A stretch of DNA of 64,000 bases from a virus. Taxonomy: Duplodnaviria > Caudoviricetes. Positions within the stretch are counted from its first letter, which is position 1; the number at the start of each line of letters is the position of its first letter. The position numbers were made by a program, and so were the translations under genes. The notes below the pieces were generated by a model, which made no database searches, was not told the DNA's origin, and saw only the letters and a program-made list of their open reading frames with translations. Location: the IMG/VR virus record IMGVR_UViG_3300020049_016712, positions 22,006 to 86,005 of that record, one strand, 5' to 3'. This document shows, one piece after another, positions 28,613-35,374 of the stretch.

Positions 28613-29429
28613 CGCACAGTTCCACGTGCTTGGCTTCCTGCTCTGGTGTAAACTCGGGCTCGATGCCGAAAATTCCGTCCAGGTAACTCTCGTGTCTATC
28701 TGCCATCCTGGTCAGTGTCTCGAGCGGGTCGCGCTCGGATTTGGCCACCAGAGGAGCATACACGGCCTCAGCAACCGCTTTACCGCCACCCCAGTTTGAC
28801 ACGGCCTGGCGCTGTTGCCGCTTGGCCTCGATGGCCCGCTCGCGCCCCTGGGCCGCGTAATTGGCTTCCTTGGCCGCGAAATAGTCCAGGGCTCCCCGCA
28901 GGTCGTCCGGGCTGCTGTCCACGCTCTGAGGGGAACTCACGCCTTCGCGCGGCCCGTCATCGTCGCCGTCGGGCTCGTCTTGACCCTTGATCTGAGCCAT
29001 GGTGTCGCGCAGGGCAACAGCGAATTGAGCCGGGGTGAGCTTGGCGTGGGTCGTGTGGGGTATGCCGATGCGGGCGGCACAGACCGGGCCGAAACCAGTG
29101 TCCAACGAGGCCGGGGTGGTCAACGCCTTGTTGCAACGCGCGCAGCACTTGTCGGCGATGCGGATTTCGAGGCCTTCGACCGGTCTTCCGGCAATGGTCT
29201 GAGCCATCGCGCGGACAAAGAACGCGGCCACTCGCTCGTGTTCGCCGCCCCGGAATTTCTTCCAGGTAACCAGGCGGCCGTCGGCCTTCAGGAACCCGAT
29301 GGCCAGGTATTGGTCGTGGCCGATGCAGCGCGAAACGATGCGCTCACCGGCTTTGGCCCACGTCGACACGCGAAAGGTGACGTGGTTTCCGGTCTTGGCG
29401 TTGCGCAAGGTGTAAGTGGCGTTAATCAT
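28596..29429 (-). CDS. DUF6011-like Zn-finger protein
   Basis: CARCNKALTTPASLDTGFGPVCA; conserved leader and promoter upstream. Confidence 0.75.
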   Translation of the reverse strand: MINATYTLRNAKTGNHVTFRVSTWAKAGERIVSRCIGHDQYLAIGFLKADGRLVTWKKFRGGEHERVAAFFVRAMAQTIAGRPVEGLEIRIADKCCARCNKALTTPASLDTGFGPVCAARIGIPHTTHAKLTPAQFAVALRDTMAQIKGQDEPDGDDDGPREGVSSPQSVDSSPDDLRGALDYFAAKEANYAAQGRERAIEAKRQQRQAVSNWGGGKAVAEAVYAPLVAKSERDPLETLTRMADRHESYLDGIFGIEPEFTPEQEAKHVELCGVWNG

Positions 29430-29465
29430 CGTTCGTTGCTCCGTCCGTTCGTTTGCTCTGAACTG

Positions 29466-29494
29466 AGTATAACAATAACGTTAACGGTTGTCAA
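29466..29494 (-). promoter_or_regulatory. Sigma70 promoter with embedded GTTAAC box (copy 4)
   Basis: TTGACA-ACCGTTAACGTTATTGT (17 nt)-TATACT. Confidence 0.88.
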
Positions 29495-29501
29495 CTAATG
29501 A

Positions 29502-29530
29502 GAAAAAGAGAACGGGCCGCTGGGGGCCCG
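29502..29530 (-). terminator. Rho-independent terminator after the methyltransferase
   Basis: CGGGCC-CCCAGC-GGCCCG then TTCTCTTTTT on the minus strand. Confidence 0.65.
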
Positions 29531-29617
29531 CTTGCGGGTTATGCACGCACTGCACAACCCCTACTTAGGTACTACTAGATCTGCCATTGGTGTTCATCGG
29601 TTGGGGCTTGGATTCCT

Positions 29618-30628
29618 TCAAAAAAGAGTATATTGCTCCGCGTCCGATTTCAGGCAGGCTGGAGAGAACCACAGGCGTTCGCGGTTCGGGTTGTCGTTAC
29701 CCGATTTGCTCTGGCCCGAGTATCCTCCGGACGCTTTCCATGCCACGGTTTCCCATCCTTTGGCCTCCAGGCGTTGCGTCCAGGGTCCATCGTATCCGCA
29801 CAAGCAGATTCTCAAGAGCGGGTTCGAACCGTTCTCGAGGCAGTAGTCGACAACCTCATGGAACAGATTGGCGTCATCTTCGCCCTCGGCATAAACGTCG
29901 GTGCATCGGTCATCGTGGGCGTAGGGCGGGTCGAGGAACATTCCAGTCATTCCGTTATGGCTGGTTGGGGTTGGTCCGCAAACGCGCTTCCAGTCTCCCG
30001 AGCATACTCTTACACGCCGCAACCGGTTGGACAATTCCTGCATGTAGTCTAGCAGCGAATCCGATGATGCACGGTTGATTCCTTGACCACTATCTCCCAG
30101 ATGTGGGAGTTGCCGGTTGATGCCTTGGCCGCGATTGCCAAGACTTGGAAGTTGCCGCTTGATTCCGCCTGATTTTTCCATCTTGAGCAAGCGTCCCTCT
30201 GAAACGCGCCATGGGCCATTGCAGTAACACCAACCGCTGCCAATCCAGGAAGCGATCCCCCAGAGCCACCAACCGGCAATCATGGGATCAAAATACTCGG
30301 GATCGCCCTCGAGACGCTCGACCAACTCGGAACGGCGCACGTGTAGGTAATGATGCCGCGCATGCAGGTCGTTTTCATTGATCGGCCAATCCGCCCAATG
30401 CGTAACCGATTCAGGGTCGAGCGCGATGGCTCGCCACACATTGCAGATAAAACCATCTTTGTCGTTAACGGTCTCGAGTTTGCCCTCCCAATCCGGGCGC
30501 CCGAGAAGCATCGCCAGCGAACCTGCGAACGGCTCGACATAGTTTGGCGGATTACCGAGGCGCGGCCAAACCTCATCAACGACTTTCGATTTCCCGCCAA
30601 ACCACGGGAATGGGGCTCTGAGCGTCAA
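29618..30628 (-). CDS. Dam-like (D12 class) N6-adenine DNA methyltransferase
   Basis: PFPWFGGKS, YVEPFAGSLAM (SAM binding), VNDKD, FLDPPY (catalytic). Confidence 0.92.
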   Translation of the reverse strand: MTLRAPFPWFGGKSKVVDEVWPRLGNPPNYVEPFAGSLAMLLGRPDWEGKLETVNDKDGFICNVWRAIALDPESVTHWADWPINENDLHARHHYLHVRRSELVERLEGDPEYFDPMIAGWWLWGIASWIGSGWCYCNGPWRVSEGRLLKMEKSGGIKRQLPSLGNRGQGINRQLPHLGDSGQGINRASSDSLLDYMQELSNRLRRVRVCSGDWKRVCGPTPTSHNGMTGMFLDPPYAHDDRCTDVYAEGEDDANLFHEVVDYCLENGSNPLLRICLCGYDGPWTQRLEAKGWETVAWKASGGYSGQSKSGNDNPNRERLWFSPACLKSDAEQYTLF

Positions 30629-31305
30629 AACGGTAAATCCTCCTCTTGCTCGTCAGTGGCCGGCGGTCTCGTCATTTCTCCAGCGATGAACTCCTCGACG
30701 GTTACCGGCCACTTCGTGATTCCGCACCTGTGCATAACGTATCCTTCGACATCGTCGCCCCAACGTTTGCGAAGCCCACTCGAGTGTCTCAACAGGAATC
30801 TAGCAGCAGTTCGGCAATCATCTAGCAATATCTCGATTTTGGCCAACCCTGATCGAATTCTCCTCAATCCCAGGTCAATCTGGTTTTCGTAATACTCGAT
30901 ATGGTCAGGCCATCCCCTCGGTCCACCATGAGGCAGCGCCATGCCTCCTGGGTCGGCTAATGCTTTCATGGTGGTTTCATCGAGCTTCTTCCTGTCCTGC
31001 GGTATCGAATACCTGAAAGGAGCAATGTTCGAGCGCACTCGATAAATACTGTGAAACGAGTTGCTAGTGCACTCCCATTTCAGCCCGATAAGCAACTCGG
31101 GGACGCGCGTTCCGGTGTAAATGTCGAAAACATTCTTGCAGTTACCCGGAACATGAATCGAACAATATGCCTTGTTACGAGGCGGAACCGTATACAGAGC
31201 CGTTCTCTCACACGCAAAATGCATGTTCCTGCGCACGTGGATCTTCTCGCACCGAACAGGCTCTTGCTCAAGCCTGCAATGAAAGGAAAGCCTGTCGTCA
31301 CCCAT
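30625..31305 (-). CDS. Hypothetical protein
   Basis: ORF fills the gap and overlaps the methyltransferase start; start uncertain. Confidence 0.5.
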   Translation of the reverse strand: MGDDRLSFHCRLEQEPVRCEKIHVRRNMHFACERTALYTVPPRNKAYCSIHVPGNCKNVFDIYTGTRVPELLIGLKWECTSNSFHSIYRVRSNIAPFRYSIPQDRKKLDETTMKALADPGGMALPHGGPRGWPDHIEYYENQIDLGLRRIRSGLAKIEILLDDCRTAARFLLRHSSGLRKRWGDDVEGYVMHRCGITKWPVTVEEFIAGEMTRPPATDEQEEDLPF

Positions 31306-31322
31306 ACCGACGAGGTTCGTCG

Positions 31323-31640
31323 TTAACTGCCGTTATCCTTTGTTTCGAGCATATTCCTGATGCACAATTCCAGAGCGTCGACGGCTCGGTCAATCTCCTC
31401 ATGGGTTCGCAACGAAACCCTTCCCCCGGGCCCCATGAGTGCACCTTTTGCAAGCAGCATCCTGGTCGATATTCCGACATGATCGCAGAAAAACTCGATG
31501 GCCAACTGGCTTCCGCTTGCCAATTTTCCGACATTTTGAAAAATCGTCATCGGATCGACTCCGAAAACGCGGCCAAGAACATAAGAATAAGCCCTCCAGT
31601 CTCCCGGAAGGCTATCCGCAACATACTCGAATGTGCTCAT
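31323..31640 (-). CDS. Hypothetical protein (105 aa)
   Basis: ATG ORF; no motif recognised. Confidence 0.55.
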   Translation of the reverse strand: MSTFEYVADSLPGDWRAYSYVLGRVFGVDPMTIFQNVGKLASGSQLAIEFFCDHVGISTRMLLAKGALMGPGGRVSLRTHEEIDRAVDALELCIRNMLETKDNGS

Positions 31641-31672
31641 ATCACCGGATTCGATTTCCGGCGCGAGGAATC

Positions 31673-32548
31673 CTAGAAGGCTCCGAATACCACGGCGTTC
31701 AGGCTGGCCGCGTTGCTGTCGGCTTCGGTGCAGATGATACGCAACTCGTCGCCAGCTGCGAATGCCTGGTTCTGGTCGGCAGTGAACGTGTAGTAGTGAT
31801 TCACCAACCTCAAAACGGCGGCCGTGTCAACCGAAGTCGTGGCACTCATGGCCGCCGAAACATTGAATCGAATCCAATACAGTTCGGTGTCGTTGATGGT
31901 TTTCTTGGCCCAGTTACCGGCGGCCGGCATCGTGAACGTCACCAGTCCGGTTTGCGCCAGCGTTGCACCACCCGAAGCCGTTCCGTCCGAGGCAACAGTC
32001 ATCGTGGCCCAGGCCGACCCAGTCCAATACTGAGCAGCCAACGTGGCTGCATTGGCGTTCACTTCGGCGCCGTCCATCGTCAAGCGCACACCACCGAACA
32101 TATCGGAGTACCCGACATAGAAGTAATCGCCATTCGCAGCCGTGCTCAGGGCATCGAGTTGGGCATGGCCGGTCCCGGTGACCTGAGTCAAGTATGACGT
32201 GAACGTCGCCTCGTTATCGGTGGTCACCAGGAAATCCGAGGGACTGATTTCCCGAGCAAACGCCTGAGCCGAGGAGAAGAGCGAAAGGCCGCCCACCGAC
32301 ACGTTGACCGAGAACGAATCCGTCGGGTTGGTGGGCAACGTCCCACACTGGAGGCGCAAGCCCTCGATGCGGCCTTTGCAAGGCAGGAAAACCCCAGAGG
32401 CTAGCATTCCGATTGCGGCCGGAGCCTTCAGCGGAAACGGCGCAACAATCTGCGCGCGGTCGACTCCCTCGCGATACTGGCGGCCGGAACTGTCCACTCG
32501 GAACTCGCCCTTGTCGCCAAACTCAATGATGTCGGTCGGATTTCCCAT
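31673..32548 (-). CDS. Virion (head decoration-like) protein with the shared 140-aa module
   Basis: Start MGNPTD with SD GAGGAG; module inserted in a beta-sandwich; follows a late motif. Confidence 0.65.
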   Translation of the reverse strand: MGNPTDIIEFGDKGEFRVDSSGRQYREGVDRAQIVAPFPLKAPAAIGMLASGVFLPCKGRIEGLRLQCGTLPTNPTDSFSVNVSVGGLSLFSSAQAFAREISPSDFLVTTDNEATFTSYLTQVTGTGHAQLDALSTAANGDYFYVGYSDMFGGVRLTMDGAEVNANAATLAAQYWTGSAWATMTVASDGTASGGATLAQTGLVTFTMPAAGNWAKKTINDTELYWIRFNVSAAMSATTSVDTAAVLRLVNHYYTFTADQNQAFAAGDELRIICTEADSNAASLNAVVFGAF

Positions 32549-32586
32549 TTTTCGCACTCCTCGCTAAACGGCTTACGGGTTCCGAT

Positions 32587-32614
32587 TTCCGCGCATGCCG
32601 AAAGCGAACCTTTT
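32587..32614 (-). promoter_or_regulatory. Late-gene motif
   Basis: Minus strand AAAAGGTTC-GCT-TTCGGCATGCGCGGAA; 24 bp identical between 32575..32598 and 38091..38114. Confidence 0.75.
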
Positions 32615-32624
32615 CCAAGTGGTG

Positions 32625-32861
32625 CTAGGGGAATATGCCGCGCAACTGGTGAGCCGTCTCGACTAACGACTGGGCGCGAATATGGTGCGCGTAATGCACC
32701 AGGGCGAACAGGCTGCGCTCGTTGCAATCCAGGACCTCATAAGCCTCGATGACCTCGGATAGGCTAAACTCGAAACGCGGAACATCGGGATAGCCGGCCA
32801 ACCGCTCGATAACCCACAGATTAGAATCGGGAATTGGGGTTGAAGATTCTTCGCCGAACAT
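32625..32861 (-). CDS. Hypothetical protein (78 aa)
   Basis: Overlaps the adaptor gene end. Confidence 0.45.
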   Translation of the reverse strand: MFGEESSTPIPDSNLWVIERLAGYPDVPRFEFSLSEVIEAYEVLDCNERSLFALVHYAHHIRAQSLVETAHQLRGIFP

Positions 32862-33798
32862 TACGTCCCGTGGAAGCGAACCCGGTGTCCCAATTGCCGC
32901 GCACGGAATGGGCCCTTGATCGCTGCCCGATGTGGTTTTGATACTGCTGCTCCAGCATGGCGGCCATAGACTTGTAGGAGGATGGTTTCTGGTTGTAGGC
33001 CACTCCGTCAGCTCCCAGCCTGGCTCGTTCTGTTGCGCGCGAGTAGTATAGCGCAGCCATCCGGGCCCGGTCTGCGGCCATCAACAGGGCAACACCCTCC
33101 TTGTCGTTAGCAGACAGGGTCGAGGTCGATGCCGTCAGCGTATGCGGGCCGCGATACCACAACAGGAACGATTGCCCAGGGTCGCCCTCCAGGAAGCGCA
33201 AAAACGACTTCTCCGAGCCTCCCGAATATCGCTTCTCCTGGGTCCAATCCGACTTGTCGAGCAGATTCGAATCGCCATCGGTGGAAATCGGGGACTCAAT
33301 ATCCACCACCGAATGAGTGAGATCGTCCCACCCAGAAACAAGCGACTCGAGGTCATATAGGCCCGAGTCATTGTTCGACAGCGATACGACATGCTGGGCC
33401 GGCATATCCCGAGAAAACTTCAATACTGCAGCCTGAATAGAGCGGCCCTCGGCATTATCTAGAGCCAAGCAGTCGGCATAATCTCCAGTGGAGTGATTGG
33501 CCTCCGTGGTCGAATTATAGGCCCGCGAGACCGTCAGCACAGGCGAAGTGGACTTGGCCGTTACCGCAACCTGTTCCGTTCCGATCAGGAACACGTCACC
33601 TACTCGGGCAGTGTCATAAAATCGCGTCTCGGCAGCCGCAACAGTCTCCCGCGAACCCTGGTCGAACGCTCGGGCTCGCAGAGAACTTCCTGAAATGTTC
33701 AGGGCGGCGGTCAGGATACCGGACAGCATCAACGGAACAACACCGTCATCTAGCGGCGCGAGGTCCCGTGCACGATTGCGAACGTCGATCAGATCCAT
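32821..33798 (-). CDS. Head-tail adaptor-like protein with inserted decoration domain
   Basis: Position after the capsid gene; N-terminal MDLIDVRNRARDL; GDVFLIGTEQ...VSRAYNST insertion. Confidence 0.6.
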   Translation of the reverse strand: MDLIDVRNRARDLAPLDDGVVPLMLSGILTAALNISGSSLRARAFDQGSRETVAAAETRFYDTARVGDVFLIGTEQVAVTAKSTSPVLTVSRAYNSTTEANHSTGDYADCLALDNAEGRSIQAAVLKFSRDMPAQHVVSLSNNDSGLYDLESLVSGWDDLTHSVVDIESPISTDGDSNLLDKSDWTQEKRYSGGSEKSFLRFLEGDPGQSFLLWYRGPHTLTASTSTLSANDKEGVALLMAADRARMAALYYSRATERARLGADGVAYNQKPSSYKSMAAMLEQQYQNHIGQRSRAHSVRGNWDTGFASTGRNVRRRIFNPNSRF

Positions 33799-33810
33799 CT
33801 ACTGTTCAAC

Positions 33811-33821
33811 TTCCGCGCAGG
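33811..33821 (-). promoter_or_regulatory. Late-gene motif core
   Basis: Minus strand CCTGCGCGGAA, 12 nt before the ATG. Confidence 0.5.
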
Positions 33822-34159
33822 TTGAATATTTGCCTACAAACCCTGGCTTAACAACCCAGTGCTCGCACCAGTTCCACAGCCCTACAGTGATAGAAATCAC
33901 ATTGCACAAACCGTCTTCGGCCCGATTAGCGCACGATGCGCAGTTCTGGGATACAGGCACTTCAACCTCACATTGGCAAAAATAAAGGGCCCTAGAACTC
34001 GCATCCTGGGGCCCTTTCAGGCTTTACCTGTTCTGTTCGGAGCAAACGAAACGAACCAGTCTTGGCTTCGCAGGTGACGCAAGCGAAGCGATTGCCTTAT
34101 GCCCTGAGTATTCCCCAGACTTGAAAAAACTCCTTTTTCACCTTCAATTTTCTTCAATG

Positions 34160-34188
34160 TGGACAAACGTTAACAGATGTGATACGAT
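34160..34188 (+). promoter_or_regulatory. Sigma70 promoter with embedded GTTAAC box (copy 5)
   Basis: TGGACA-AACGTTAACAGATGTGA (17 nt)-TACGAT. Confidence 0.75.
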
Positions 34189-34194
34189 ACCCAT

Positions 34195-34554
34195 GTGAGC
34201 AAACTCCGGTGTTACGAGGGGCGCGCATGGCCAGCCCTTCACGACTTGTCTTATCGAAATTTAGGCCATCAGGTCTGCTATTTTCCCGGGTCATTGGATG
34301 GTTGCCCTGAAAAAATTGCTATTTGTCACGGGTGCAATTACGGCTCTAGCATAGGCTGGTCAAACGTAAAGGTCATCCCTGTTTCCCAATTTTACCAGGG
34401 CAAAAGGGAATTCCATTTTTGCATCAGTTGTGACAATATGGTCGTCTCGGGAGTGATTCTCATGATCCCCATTTACTCAGATTACGCGCCGACCCGAACT
34501 GAATTGATGGACCTGTTCGAGGCTCACAAAATCTTGCGAGAGTTGGCGAAATGA
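34195..34554 (+). CDS. Hypothetical protein with ELAK tail
   Basis: CHGC and CISC; ends KILRELAK; ATGA overlap with the next gene. Confidence 0.65.
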   Translation: MSKLRCYEGRAWPALHDLSYRNLGHQVCYFPGSLDGCPEKIAICHGCNYGSSIGWSNVKVIPVSQFYQGKREFHFCISCDNMVVSGVILMIPIYSDYAPTRTELMDLFEAHKILRELAK

Positions 34555-34873
34555 GAATATTTCACGCATTGTCATGTTCCAGGTATGGACATCAGGAAAT
34601 CTGGTTCAATGACTCCTGGTTTCCCATCGAACCTCCGTCGAGCCTCGCAATCTATGTTGGTGATGGAGACATCATTTTCGTTGACGAAAACTCGATAGAG
34701 CACATAGTGTACAGTCCTGGCAAAACCTATTTCAAGATTTCTGGCCACCTGATTCCAGCAACCAGCGTTTGGGTAGCCCCGTTTGATTCAAAACTACTAT
34801 CGACTTATGGGCCCGGCGCGAATTTGCCGAGAAGTTCGAAGCCGTCATGATCATGAAAGAGTTGGCGAAATGA
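34551..34873 (+). pseudogene. Hypothetical ELAK-tail gene split by a -1 frameshift near 34785..34792 (programmed shift, mutation or assembly error)
   Basis: Frame 0 stops at 34850; the -1 frame reads FKTTIDLWARREFAEKFEAVMIMKELAK* and ends in an ATGA overlap at 34870..34873. Confidence 0.6.
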
Positions 34874-35307
34874 ACATCGTGGTTAAGGAACTGCGCTGGC
34901 GATACCGGTGCATACTAGGGTGGGCCGACAGGTGGGAAGATTCCAAACTGCAACGAGTAGTCGTTACCTCGAATGAGTTGTGCCTGACTTCCTACGGACC
35001 TGACTTGAATCTGTATTTCCCCGAGATCGACCGCTTCCTATGCACCAGGATGAATCCTGTCATGGTTCAAACGGTTCGATTTCGCGGGAAAACCTATAGC
35101 GGATTTCGATTCAATCCCGTCGACGAATACGCTCAAATGATACTGGCTGCGGCAGTGACATCCCATCCACCGCCGTATGAATATTTCGCCATCCCGGTCT
35201 TCATTATCGACCACCCAGAACCAATGTCAAAGTCAGATCAGACCGCGTTCCGAGAGTTCTCAGAATCGGTCATGATCATGTACGAGTTGGCAGAGCGCAA
35301 CGACTAA
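34870..35307 (+). CDS. Hypothetical protein with ELA tail
   Basis: Start revised to MNIVVKEL; ends VMIMYELAERND. Confidence 0.65.
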   Translation: MNIVVKELRWRYRCILGWADRWEDSKLQRVVVTSNELCLTSYGPDLNLYFPEIDRFLCTRMNPVMVQTVRFRGKTYSGFRFNPVDEYAQMILAAAVTSHPPPYEYFAIPVFIIDHPEPMSKSDQTAFREFSESVMIMYELAERND

Positions 35308-35316
35308 CTGAAATGG

Positions 35317-35340
35317 AAAAGGCCCCTCAACTGAGGGGCC
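35317..35340 (-). terminator. Terminator after the capsid gene (possibly bidirectional)
   Basis: GGCCCCTC-AGTT-GAGGGGCC then TTTT on the minus strand. Confidence 0.75.
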
Positions 35341-35374
35341 CTCGGTTATCCGCCAATCAGGCTCGAAGCCTGGA

